A stretch of 62,721 nucleotides of DNA, from positions 62,001 through 124,721 of the forward strand of contig JBJNIA010000010.1 in NCBI GenBank assembly GCA_046118255.1. Reading direction: 5' to 3'. Below the pieces are notes generated by a model. The model had not been told where the DNA came from, searched no databases, and saw only the letters and a program-made list of their open reading frames with translations. Positions 27,262 through 40,111 of this stretch are shown here, in pieces. The stretch comes from Sluysia triapertura. Lineage: Eukaryota. Both the position numbers and the translations under genes were made by a program. The first letter of the stretch is position 1. Each line of letters opens with the position of its first letter.

Positions 27262-29640
27262 ATGGAAGAATCGATTATTAAACAAAACACTTTCCCATTA
27301 TTAGCGGTTAAATCACTAGTAATTTTTCCAACTCATAATTCAGCTTGCGAAGTATCGCGTGAAAAATCACTACAAGCGATAAATAAATCACTTTCTGAGT
27401 ATGAAGGCTATATTGTTATTGCGTTGCAAAAAAACAATGAAATTGAGGACCCAAAAGAAGAGGATTTGTATCAAATTGGTACTTTATGTAAGGTAATTAT
27501 TCAAAAGAGATGAAGCGATAATTTATTGCTTATTAAATTAGAAGCTATTGAACGTTTTAAAATTTTAAATATTTCTGATGATGGTCATTCATTATATGCT
27601 AATGGAGAGATCGCCAAAAGTTATCTTGGTGAAGGCCCAGAAGAATTAGCTTTAATGCGTCAATTAAAATCATCTGTTGAAGAAGTTATTTCCAAAATCC
27701 AAAATGTTCCTCGTAAGTTAATTGAAGATTTTGAAAAAGGTTTTGAATCGGGAGAAATTGCTGATTTCTTAGCTACTTATATGCCTTTAACAATTGAAAA
27801 AAAGCAAGAAATTTTAGAAATTCTTAGTGTAAATCAAAGATTAAAAGTAGTTTTAGCGGAAGTAGAGCAAGAAAAAGCTATTAATTCACTAGAAAATAAA
27901 ATTTCTAAAAAAATAAAAGAAAAAATTGATGAATCTCAAAAAGAGTATTACCTTCGTGAAAAATTACGTGCTATTAAAGAGGAATTAGGGGATATTAAAA
28001 ACAAGGAAGATGATTTATCGATTCTTCGCGAAAAAGTAAAAAATAATCCATATCCTGAAGATATCAAGAAAAAAATTATTGAGGAAATTAATCGTTTTGA
28101 AATGATGCCCCCAGCTTCAAGTGAAGGAAACATCATTCGAACATATATAGATTGATTAGTAGATATTCCTTGATATGAAAAAACCGAAGACAAGGATGAT
28201 TTAAATTTTGCTGAGAAAACCCTAAATAAAAATCATTATTCATTAGAAAAAGTGAAAGAAAGAATTATTGAACATTTAGCTGTTCAAAATAATATCAAAA
28301 AAGTTTTAGGACAAATTATTTGTTTTATTGGCCCCCCAGGTGTTGGTAAAACTTCTTTAGCTAAGTCTATAGCATCAGCAATTGGAAGAAACTTTGTAAA
28401 AGTTTCGCTTGGTGGAGTAAAAGATGAAGCGGAAATAAGAGGCCACAGAAAAACATATATCGGAGCAATGCCAGGAAGAATTATTCAAGGTATGAAGCGA
28501 GCAAAAAGTATTAATCCAGTATTTTTATTGGATGAAATAGATAAAGTATCCTCAGATTATAAGGGCGATCCTGCTAGCGCTTTGTTAGAAGTTTTAGATC
28601 CAGAACAAAATAAATTCTTCTCTGATAATTACATTGAAGAGCCATATGATTTATCAAATGTTATGTTTATTGCAACTGCCAATTATTATGAAAATATACC
28701 CGCACCCTTATTAGACCGCATGGAAATTATTAACTTATCATCTTATACAGAATTAGAAAAAGTAGAAATTGCTATTCGTCACTTAATTCCTAAGGTTTTA
28801 GAAACACACGGGCTTAAAAAAGACCAAATTAAAATTTCTAAGTCAATGATATTAGAAATAATTCGCTCTTACACAAAAGAGGCTGGGGTTAGACAATTAG
28901 AAAGATTGTTATCAAAAATCGCTAGAAAAGCAATTGTTCAATTTGTAAAAAGCAAGGAAACAGAGAATTCTCTTACAATAAATGAAAAAAATTTAATTAA
29001 ATTTTTGGGACAACCAATTTTTGATTACAACAAACGAGAAACAAAAGCTAGTGTTGGAACTGTTGTTGGTTTAGCATGAACTCAATTTGGAGGAGATATT
29101 TTACCAATTGAAGTTACATATTTCACTGGCAAAGGGAATTTAATATTAACTGGAAAACTTGGCGATATTATGAAAGAAAGTGCCAATATTGCCTTAGGAT
29201 ATATTAAAGCTAATTCTGATAAATTTGGTGTAGACGAAACAATCCTTTCAAAAATGGATATTCATCTTCATGTTCCTGAAGGAGCAGTTCCAAAAGATGG
29301 TCCAAGTGCCGGGATAACTATAACAACAGCCTTAATTTCTGCTTTAACTAAAAAATCTGTTTCAGCAAAAATAGCCATGACCGGTGAAATAACTTTAAGG
29401 GGAAATGTTTTACCAATTGGCGGTTTAAAAGAAAAATTAATTTCCGCACATAGAAGTAAAATTGAAGAAGTTATTATTCCTAGTGAAAACAAAAAAGATT
29501 TAGATGAAATTCCACAAGAAGTAAAAGATCATGTAAAAATCCATTTTGTGGATAAATATCCAGAAGTCTATGATTTAATTTTTGTAGAAAATAAAGCAAC
29601 AACTAAAAAAGCCATTACTAAAAAAACAAATAGTAAATAA
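27262..29640 (+). CDS. lon: ATP-dependent Lon protease
   Basis: GPPGVGKTS, LLDEIDK, GLA(W)T, PKDGPSAG. Confidence 0.98.
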
Positions 29641-29645
29641 TAATT

Positions 29646-30218
29646 ATGTTTCAATTATCTTTTTATAAATCTTCGATATGTAAAATAAATGATTCAAGAA
29701 AAAACATTGTTTTACTTGGTAAGAGTAATGCTGGGAAATCATCTTTTATAAATAGTATTGCTAATAATAAAAAATTAGCATATGTTAGCCAAACCCCCGG
29801 TAAAACTATGTTATTAAACTATTTTTTAATTAATAATAAAAATTATTTAATTGATACTCCGGGGTATGGTTATCAAAAAAAAGGTAAAGCACTTCACAAC
29901 GAATTTGAAAAAATGATGATAGATTTGTTAGTAAATAATCCAAACATCATTCAATTAATATGAATTTTTGATATAAGACGAGAAATAGATGAGCAAGATG
30001 AAGCGTTGATTAGTTTTTTAACTAAACATAATTTATTTGAGAAAATTATGGTTATTCTTTCTAAATCTGATAAAGAAAGTAATAATTATATTTTTCAAAA
30101 AGTAAATAAAATGAAGACAGAATTAAACATAGATTCTGAAAAAATTTTGTATATTTCTAATAAAAGTAAAATAAATATAAATAAAGTAATAAAATACTTA
30201 ATATCAATAATAAATTAA
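29646..30218 (+). CDS. engB: ribosome biogenesis GTPase YsxC/EngB
   Basis: [27 protein letters not shown]. Confidence 0.93.
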
Positions 30219-30219
30219 A

Positions 30220-32838
30220 ATGATGAATATGAATTTAGAATTAAAAAAATATGAAAAAGAAATTTACGATAATTGGCTAAATTTAAAATTATGTGATGCT
30301 CCTAAAAACCCCAAAAAACCATATTCTATAGCATTACCGCCACCAAATGTTACTGGTAAACTTCATTTAGGACATGCGTGGGATGCCACAATTCAAGATA
30401 TTATGATTCGTGCTAAAAAAATGCAAGGATATGATACTTTTTTTATTTGTGGGACAGATCATGCCGGAATTGCGACACAAGTAAAAGTTGAAGAACACCT
30501 TTGAAACACTAGAAAAATTCGTCGTGTAGATATGAAGCGTGAAGATTTCATTGAGCAAACACAAATATGAAAAGAAAATTACAAAAAAATTATTCATAAA
30601 CAATGAAGAGATTTAGGACTTCTAGTTAATTGAAATGAAGAAGTTTTTACATTGGATGACCATTTTACAAAAGAAGTAAGTAATGTTTTTGTGAAAATGT
30701 ATAACGAAGGGTTTATAAAAAAAGAGGGCAAACTAATATTTTGAGATTGTCAATTGCAATCTGCTATTAGTGATATGGAAGTGGTTTATAAGGATGTAGA
30801 AGCAAACTTATATTACATTAAATATTTTGTTGAAAATGAGCCTAATAATTATTTAATAATTGCCACAACTAGACCTGAAACAATTTTTTGTGATGTTGCG
30901 TTGGTTGTTAATAGCAAGGACGATAGATATGTGTCTTATCATAATAAAAAAGTTATTAATCCTTTAACTAATAAAGTTATTCCTATTATTGTTGATGATT
31001 ATGTTGATATGAATTTTGGGACCGGTGTTATGAAATTAACTCCTGGCCATGATTTTAATGATTTTGAAATTAATAAAAAATATAATTTTCCAATTAATAG
31101 TTGCATTAATAAAGATGGAAAATTAAACAATTTAGCATTTAATTTTGAAGGTTTAGAAAGAGTTCATTCGCGAGACAAAATTGGTAATTGATTACAAGAA
31201 AAAAACAATTTAATAAAAATTGAAAAATATACTACAAGAGTTGGTTTTAGTGAAAGAACTAAAAGCATTATTGAACCATTTTATAGTTTTCAATGATTTG
31301 TTAAAACTAAGAAATTAGCACAAAGAGTACTAGAAACTCAAAAAACAAATAATAAAATAAAATTTACACCAGCAAGATTTGAAAAAACATTAGAGCAATG
31401 ATTAGTTAATATTAATGATTGATGCATATCACGTCAATTATGATGAGGTCATAGAATTCCTGTTTGATATAACAAAAAAACTAACGAAATCAAAGTAACT
31501 ACAGAAATTCAAGATTCCAAATTATGACGTCAAGATGAAGATGTTTTAGATACTTGATTTTCAAGTGCTTTATGACCATTTTTAAGCTTAAAATGACCAA
31601 TTAAAAATGAAAAATGAATGAACTATTTTCCTACTAATTTATTAGTTACTGGTTATGATATTATATTTTTTTGAGTTGCTAGAATGGCTATGCAAAGTTT
31701 ATATCTAACAAACAAAATCCCATTTCAAGAAGTGTATATTCATGGATTAATTCGTGATGAGCAAAATCGTAAAATGTCCAAGTCATTAAATAATGGAATA
31801 GATCCAGCTGATCTCATAAATTCATATGGAGCCGATAGTTTAAGACATTTTTTAATTAGTAACTCCGAAGCAGGGCTAGACTTAAGATATAACCATAACA
31901 AGATAGTTCATCAATCACTATTTTTAGTAAATAGATTAGAAAAAATTGGCGAATTCATTATAGAATTTAAAAAAACTAATAAATGCTCAATAGATTTAAA
32001 TATCTTAGATAATGAATCGCTTATATTAGATGAATCTGACATATTTATGTTAAAAACACTACTTCAATACCAAAATAAAATGAAGCAAAATATCAATGAT
32101 TTTAATTTTACATCACTACAATTTTATATTCAGAACACAATTTTTTTTACTTTAAATCATTATTTAGATTTGCTAAAATTACCATTCCATAAGCAGGATA
32201 AAAAACATTTAAAATTTCAAATTTTTGTTTATTGTTTTTTAGAAATTTTAAAATATTTACACCCAATAATGCCTTTTATTACTGAGAAATTATTTAGAGA
32301 TTTGACAAATAAACCATCTATTTTGCTAGAAAAATGAGATATTAATTCAAAAGTAGAAAAATTAGTAAAAAATAATAACATCATTTGATATGTAGGTTTT
32401 ATTAAATTATCTAGTTTAATCGCAGAAAATGATTTATATAATAAAGAATTTGGATTAGACACCAATATTGATACAGAAATTCTAAAGAAATTATTATCTA
32501 ATTTATTTAATATAAACATTTCTTCAAAAGAAAAATGTAAACAAACAATACGTTTTATAGCCCCAATTAATAATAATTTAGATAATGTAGATATCGATAA
32601 TTTGGCGCATTTATTTATTCTAGAAATTATTAATGAAGAAAGTGAAAACATTAATAGTCTACTCGCTAAAAAAGACAAAATATTATTTGAAATAGCACGT
32701 TGCGAAAAAATGTTGTTAAATCCAACATTTTTAGCAAAGGCACCTGAAAAATTAATTTTACAAGAAAAATCCAAATTAAAGCAACAACAAGAGAACTTGA
32801 AAAAAATCGATACAATTATAAAGCAAATTAGCAAATAA
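30220..32838 (+). CDS. valS: valine-tRNA ligase
   Basis: [33 protein letters not shown]-terminal coiled coil. Confidence 0.97.
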
Positions 32839-32883
32839 TCTAATTAGTATTTGATTTGAGAAATATTAATATAGAATGAAACC

Positions 32884-33285
32884 ATGGAAAATCTAAATAA
32901 TATCCGCTTTAGATATCATTCAATATTTATTGAGCATGTTTATTATTTAAATATAAGACTATGTCTTTCTATTAAAAGAACTAAATTTCTTTATAAATGA
33001 ATGCTAATTGATTGTTCAGATAATAATTATAAGATTATTTTTACAGGTACTAAAAAGGAAATAGTTAAATTTATTGAAAAAAATAAAAATAAAATTAAAG
33101 GGTTCAAAACTTTTAACAATATATGTGTACAAAATGAAAATAATAAAAATATTGATCCAAAACCAATAGAAAATAGCATAAGTTCAAACTCATTTTTAAA
33201 TTTTAATTATAAAAAAGCCTTTTTATATGTATTTTCAATCATTATAGCTGCCATAATAATATATTTAATTTTTAAATTTAAATAA
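32884..33285 (+). CDS. hypothetical protein with C-terminal TM helix
   Basis: Open frame under code 4; C-terminal AFLYVFSIIIAAIIIYLIF; start uncertain. Confidence 0.6.
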
Positions 33286-33300
33286 AAACCTATAATTTTA

Positions 33301-34560
33301 GTGTTTCTTTATTTAAACAAAAATTTTAAATATATTTTTATTATTTGTTTAATTTATAGTTATTTTATTATTTTTGAAAATTTTTTAATATTTATCATTT
33401 TCCTTGTTTTCTTTTATTTATTAGCATTTCAAAAAGACTGAAAATTTTATTTATTAACATTATTTTTAGTAATTATCATATCTATAAGTGATTTTTTGTA
33501 TATGAACCTAAATATATATAAAAATAATACTTACTTCACAGTAACTATTTTAGAAATTTTTAGAACCAAAGCATTATTAAAAATAAATAACGTTGATAGG
33601 AATGTTATTTGAGAGATTCCCGAGAATTATCTAGTGCATGTTGGCGATCATTTAAAAATACAAGGGAGTCTTGTGAAGATCAAAAAGGATTTAGATTATT
33701 GACCATTCAATTTTAAAAATTATTTTTTTTCAACAGCTACTTTTTTTGAATTGAAGGTTGCCAAAATTATAAATCATCTCAATAATAATGATTATTGAGG
33801 ATTAACATCTTATTTTTTATTTCATGAAAAAAACTCAAAATATAATATTAAAATTTTGCAATCTAGTAATATAATTGCTTTTTTTATACTTAGTTCAATT
33901 CATGCTGCTTGAATCAATAAACTATTTAAAATATTTCTTAAAAAAGAATGAATAGTTTCTATTTTTCTAATTATAGTTTTTGGTTTTTTTACATATAAGA
34001 GTCATTTTTACTTAATAACATTTAAAGCTTTTTTAGTAGAAATCGCTTTTTTTATTTTTCTAAGGTGAAAAGTAAATAAAATTTATTGTCACAGAATATC
34101 ATCTTTGTTATTAATAATTTTTTTATCCCCCGGTATCATAATTAACATTGGATTTTGATTTTCTTTGATACTATCAGAAATGATATTTTTTATTGTTTAT
34201 AAAAATAAAAATCCTAAAAATTTTGTTTCTAATATAGTTTTTAATTTACAACTACAAATAATAATATGCCTAGTTTCTCAAATAATAGTAAGCTTTTTTA
34301 GTCATAAAGCATTTTTATTTACATGATTTTGAAGTTGGCTATTTATGAGTTTTTATATGATTTTGGCACTTATTTTATTAGTTTTATTTATATTGAATTT
34401 AAATTTTTTAAGTAATTATATTGAAAATATAGTAAATCATTTAATTCATTTTTCCACCACTTTTAATATTGAAGTAAGTATTGGCAGCTATTTAACTTTA
34501 CTTTTTTTTATCATTTTGGTTTTATTTATATTAATATTTAAACAATTAGATAAAATTTAA
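33301..34560 (+). CDS. divergent ComEC/Rec2-like membrane protein
   Basis: VGDHLKIQGSL..FNFKNY (OB-fold-like), FILSSIH (cf. SGLH), SPG...GFWFS; near rpsT as in Bacilli; no beta-lactamase domain. Confidence 0.65.
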
Positions 34561-34629
34561 TTAAATTTTCTAAAAATAATTTTTTAGTTTAAAATTAATT
34601 AATATATAAATTTATACGCAAAGGGAAAA

Positions 34630-35811
34630 GTGAATCGATCTACTCAAAAAATTTATTGCATGATATTTGAAATCTTTAATAATAGAGAAGCAATTGAAGA
34701 ATTATCAATAAATAATGAATTTAGAAATAAGTTACAAATTTTATTTTCAATATTATATGAACTAGAAGAAAAAAATAATAATTTAGAAGCTTTAAAGAAA
34801 GTTATAAACATTTATAATACATCTTTAAACACTAATTTAGATATTTTAGAAGTTTCTGCCGAGGAAACAGATGATGCTAATATTGATAATCTATGTCATT
34901 GAATAGAAATTTGTCTATTAAATACACGTAAATTAACATTAAATGAAATAACTTTTTCAACACCCGAAGAATTCGATAATTTAGTAAAACAAACAGAAAA
35001 CAAAAAGTTTTCAGCAAACGTACAATCCAATAATAATTTTAATAATGCAAGTGGGCAACAAAATTTTAATGATCAAAAATCAAATTTCCAAAACGTGGAT
35101 ACTTCTAACATGTCCAACCAACAAAAAGCCTTTTTTGAAATGTCATCACTTGATATAAATCAAAAAAAGGAAGTTATTAAGAAAATTAATAATTTTAATG
35201 TATTTGATAAAACACCAATATTTATCCCTTTTACGAAAAAATTTATTGGCGTGGTATCTATTTTACTTCTTATAGTAATTTTTTTAAGAGATATTGCTTA
35301 TTTAAGTGACTATAATTTCATCGCTTATCTTTTTAACCAACAAAATAAAACCCCGCCATCATCTATTTCTGGCAGTATGTGAGCCCAACAAATATTTTCT
35401 GATTTACCATATTATTTAATATTAGGTTTCTTAGGATTTTGATTACTAAAAAAACCAAAAGGCATTAAAGAAAAATATGAGGTTAATGCATTTATATACA
35501 TAATTTTTGGAATTTTCTTAATATTTTTAATAGTTACTTTTTCTTCAGGATTATCATCAATATCTAATTATTTAAATTCTCAGGGAAATTGAAGAGAAGA
35601 ACCACATTTATTTTTATTATCCATGAGCATTCTAGTAATTTCTGCATCAGTTGTATTATTAATGGCATCTATATTTATTTTTGTAAAACGTCCAAAAATA
35701 GATAGCGAAAAATTATATCAAGTTATTATTGATGAATGCCAAAAGATAAAAAAAGAATCAATTTTAAATAAATTTGATTATAGTAATGAAAAAGACAATA
35801 AAAATGAGTAA
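34630..35811 (+). CDS. hypothetical membrane protein (soluble N-terminus, ~4 TM)
   Basis: Three track fragments in one frame joined by TGA. Confidence 0.75.
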
Positions 35812-35831
35812 TATATTTACTCATTTTTATT
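35797..35831. terminator. bidirectional intrinsic terminator
   Basis: Perfect 15-bp inverted repeat AATAAAAATGAGTAA/TTACTCATTTTTATT between convergent genes. Confidence 0.8.
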
Positions 35832-35856
35832 TAATGCTTAATAAATAATAGACTTA

Positions 35857-36135
35857 TTATTTTTTGCTTATATTTGCAGAAGTCATTACTTTTGATTTAT
35901 AACGGCTTGCAGTATTTTTTTTAATTTTATGTTTTCCTAAACCACTATCAATTGCTGAGATAGCTTCATTTGTAAATTTTTCTTTTATTGTTATATCTAC
36001 ATCTGTACTTTTATTTGCATCAATTGCTTTTTTTATTAATGTTTTAATTTTTGATTTAGTTTGTTTATTTTCAAAATTTTGTTTGTTTGTTTTTGCAATT
36101 CTTTTATTAACTTTAATTTCTTTTTTTGCTGCCAT
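35857..36135 (-). CDS. rpsT: 30S ribosomal protein S20
   Basis: KSKIKTLIKK, IKKNTASRYKS; basic 92 aa; synteny. Confidence 0.88.
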   Translation of the reverse strand: MAAKKEIKVNKRIAKTNKQNFENKQTKSKIKTLIKKAIDANKSTDVDITIKEKFTNEAISAIDSGLGKHKIKKNTASRYKSKVMTSANISKK

Positions 36136-36234
36136 TCCTATGCCTTTTTTAGTGTTATTTAAAATAATATTGTTTAATTATAACAAATTTCTTTTTTTGT
36201 GCTAATTATTTTAAATTATATAGAATAAAATTAA

Positions 36235-36453
36235 ATGCACCAGTTTATTAGCTTTTTGAATTATGCACAATGAATTATCTTGGTATTAATTTTTATATGA
36301 ATTTTATTAATATTATTCATTCCCTTTAAGTGAAGAATAATAATTATTATTTTATTACTTGCATTAGTTGTTTCACAAATATTATTATTAATCCTTAACA
36401 AGGATATAAGTTTTATATATTTGTTGCTACACGGCCTAAACATATTAAAATAG
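36235..36453 (+). CDS. small hydrophobic protein (72 aa)
   Basis: Open only under code 4 (three TGA); two TM-like segments; divergent from rpsT. Confidence 0.5.
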
Positions 36454-36457
36454 AAAT

Positions 36458-36604
36458 ATGACAAAAAAAAGAAAAAAAACGACATCTCAGTTTAAAACTA
36501 GAAATAATGACACAATTTACATGGAAACTTTAGAACATACAATTGAATATATTGATGTTCCTAAAAAAAGAAATTTTTTAAAAAATTTATTTAAAAAACA
36601 ATAA
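36458..36604 (+). CDS. small basic protein (48 aa)
   Basis: MTKKRKK...FLKNLFKKQ*, starts 4 nt after the previous stop. Confidence 0.5.
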   Translation: MTKKRKKTTSQFKTRNNDTIYMETLEHTIEYIDVPKKRNFLKNLFKKQ

Positions 36605-36630
36605 GAATTTAAGTAAAATATTAATAATAT

Positions 36631-36822
36631 ATGAAAAAGAAAATTAAAATAGTCACTAACGATAAGGAAACTTTTAGTGTTCAAGGAATGATCACTTCTA
36701 ATTTAGCAAACTCGCAATCTTCCAATTATAAATATAGTTTTCTTTTCAAAAAGGAACAAAATCGCACTAAACAAGAGCTATTTATTGAAAACTTAGAAAA
36801 TTTAATTGAAAAAATAAAATAA
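36631..36822 (+). CDS. small hypothetical protein (63 aa)
   Basis: ORF preceded by TAAAAT; stop 1 nt before the next ATG. Confidence 0.55.
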   Translation: MKKKIKIVTNDKETFSVQGMITSNLANSQSSNYKYSFLFKKEQNRTKQELFIENLENLIEKIK

Positions 36823-36823
36823 A

Positions 36824-38590
36824 ATGAAAATTAACAAAATTGAGTTTTTAAAATATCTTAAATGTTCAAGATTATCTTGATTGGAACATAAGAATCAAGA
36901 AAATATAGAGAATTTTAAAAAATATGATTTAAATTGAAAAGATTTTAAAGAACTTACACAGAATTTTAGTGATGAAGAATTAGATGAAGAGGGATGTCAA
37001 AAATTTTTTAATCCAGAGGATATAGAAACAGCTGATGGTATAGAAATAGGTAATTTAGCTGTAAAATATTTTGAATTAAAATATGGAAAAGAAAATTGTT
37101 ATAACTACAAAAATATTTTCAAACCCATTAATTTAGATAATTTTAAGAATAAAAAAATTATTTTTGAGCCATTATTTGAAATCGAAAATGCCTCAACAAG
37201 ATTAGATGTATTAATAAATTTAGGTAATAACAATTGAGAATTTGTCGAAGTTAAATCTAAATCTTATCCTTCCGAATTGCATGGATGAGATGTATCTTAT
37301 CAAATGTATCTTTTAGAAAAATTAAAAATTAATATCAAAAAAAAATCTTTAATGTTTATTAATGGAAATTATATATCTGATGGGGTAAATGATTATGAAA
37401 CTAATCTAGAAAAGCTAACAAAACTCTTTTGTTTTAGTGATTATCTTTACAAAGATAAACATAAGTTACAACGCGAAGAACCAATAATGAGCATTGATGC
37501 ATTTTATAATGATAAAAAATCTTATATACAACAATTTATTGCTGAAGCTGTTGAGGAATTTAAATTATTAAAAGAGCCATCTGATTTGAAAAAGAGTGTA
37601 TCTTCTAAATGCGGTTTTTTAGGAGATTGTAAGTTTAGAAAATATTGTATTAAAAATTTTCAAAATATAGATGATTATCGCATGTCAGTATATGCCTTAG
37701 GATTTGGTGGCAATAGTAAGCTTAAAAATAGATTAATAAATGAAAAAATATTTTTAACAAAAGATTTAGATACCGAGGCACTAGAAATAATTGAAGAGGC
37801 AAGACAAAAAGCAGTTCAAGAACACAAAAAAGATTTTTTACCTGCAATAATATACGATTTGGTTATGCACAATGAAAAAGAATATATTAACATTCATGAA
37901 ATCAACTATTTATTAACTAATAAATGAAAATATCCTATTTATATGCTTGATTTCGAAGCCTCTGCATGAGCAGCTCCTAAAATACCAAATACTAAGCCTT
38001 ATGAACAAGTTCCTTTTCAATATAGCTTGCACATTATTAAGGATGCAAATTTTGATTACTTAACTAATTGTAATTTAGATCATAAAGAATATTTATATGA
38101 CTTTAATAACTCCGAAAATATAATCATTCAATTTGCTACAAGCCTAGTTAATGATTTATATCAAACCGAAGGAACAATATTAGCTTATTACAATTCATAT
38201 GAGAAAAGAATTATTAAATTTGTTAGCAATCAATGTAAAGAATTACAGAGATATGATCTAGCAGAAAAGTTGGATACATTATATTCTCGTGTTGAGGATC
38301 TTTGAGATATTTTTGAATGTCATTATTATTTTAATATTGACTTCGAAGGTAGAACCTCAATCAAAGTGGTTTTACCTGCATTAGATGGTTCTTTTTCTTA
38401 TAAAAATTTAGTAATTAACAATGGTAAAGCAGCATTAGATGTTTTTAAATATTTTTATAAACAAAAAATTAATAATACTTTTGAAGAAAATAAATGAAAT
38501 ATAACTAAAAAGCAATTATTAGAATATTGTAAATTAGATACTTTAGCTATGGTTGTTATTTTTAAAAAAATGCAAAATTTAATAAAATAA
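36824..38590 (+). CDS. DUF2779-type protein: PD-(D/E)xK nuclease plus DEDD/RNase H-like domain
   Basis: RLDVL...EVKS...DVSYQ; CGFLGDCKFRKYC; LDFEA...PYEQVPFQYSLH; LEYCKLDTLAM. Confidence 0.85.
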
Positions 38591-38594
38591 GCAT

Positions 38595-39980
38595 ATGCAA
38601 AATTTAAAAAAAGGCTTTTCCAAAAATAAAAATTTAACAGTAAAAACTTTTTTTAAAGATATATTATTTCCTAAGGTCTCTTTTGCAGGAAATAAACATT
38701 TCTTTTCATTTAGTGAGATTATCTTTGATATTTTATTAGTTGCCTCATTACGAGAAATTGTAAAAGAAATAAATTTCGATTTCTATAGTTATTCGGCAGT
38801 ATATTTATTTCAAACCATTGCATTAATTACACTGTTCTTAAATATATTATTTATTTGATTTTTTTATATGTACTATACACAATGATTTGAAAAAAAAGAT
38901 ATTACCTCCAGGTTTATGTTTTTAACACTTTTCCTAACTATGTCATTTCTAGTGTTTTCTATTTACTTAGATGCTATAAATGTACAACTAGGAAGTTTTA
39001 GTGCTACATTAATTAATTCAATTGCTATATGTCTAGTTTTTTTAAATTTGTTATTAATTTTTTATTTCTCCGTTAGAATGTCTATTCGATTAAATAAAGA
39101 ATTAAAGAATTTTTTTAGATTAGCTTTTTATTTATGATTTTTAATCATTTTAATTTTTTTATTCGAAACATTTTTTATTAAATATTACAATAATCAAGAA
39201 AGTTGAGTTGTTCCTATTTCATTATTGATAGCTCAAATAGTTTCTTTTATCTTATGCTGCATAATTGTTTTTAATTGATCAAGCAAAAAACATAAAAATT
39301 TAATAATTCCTTTTGATAATAATCATATTAAGGGTAGATTTTTTGTTTTAATAAATATTTGTTTAGCAGAAGCAATGATCTCTATTTTTGAAGTCTTCAT
39401 CCAAGAAAATTTTTTTACTAATGAAAATATTGATAGCTCTGGGATAGTACAAGTAGTTTTAGGGCTTATATTTTGTTTTTTAATAGTATTTTTGTTGTGA
39501 AGTATATATGTTGATCGTGTAAGTATGATTAAATTTAATTCTAAAAAAGAACTCTCTAGAATATTTATATTCGGGAATTTATTATTGATTGTCAGTTTTA
39601 TTTTTATATCTAAAGGAATGTCTGATACCTTACAAAATTTAATATATTATTCTGAATTTGATAAATTACAACATCAAGAAACTGGAATTATATTATGAGG
39701 TAGTTCAACATTTTTAATTGGAATTTCTATCTTTTCTAATACTTCAAAATATGTTTTTTCTTTTCAAAAAACTTCTATTGTAATGAGTAAAAAAATCCCA
39801 TGACTATTTAGAGCAGATTCAATTACTGGGGCATTTTTAATAGTATTAATTGGGGCAATTACTTCTATGTATTGAGATCCATTATCATCAATTCTAATTA
39901 TTTTTGTTGTGTTATCTCTTTTAATGATATCAACATGAACAACATGAAGTAAACTATACAAAAACACTTTATATAAATAA
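38595..39980 (+). CDS. polytopic membrane protein, LtrA (low temperature requirement A)-like
   Basis: SEIIFDILLV resembles the LtrA ELFFDLVFV motif; many TM segments; 461 aa. Confidence 0.6.
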
Positions 39981-40024
39981 TTATTAATATATAATTATTA
40001 GTAAATATTTAGATAAGGTATTTT

Positions 40025-40108
40025 ATGCTATGACATTTCTTTGCGGTTGGTGGTATTATTGCAGCAGTGCTTTTTGCTGTCATTGCCTTTCTTGCAGAAA
40101 ACGAATAA
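40025..40108 (+). CDS. 27-aa single-TM micropeptide
   Basis: MLWHFFAVGGIIAAVLFAVIAFLAENE*, SD-like AAGGT upstream, stop 3 nt before fmt ATG. Confidence 0.6.
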
Positions 40109-40111
40109 AAA

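Noticed and set aside
36824-38590. CRISPR-Cas locus suggested by the Cas4-like domain
   Set aside because: No repeat-spacer array or other cas genes in the window
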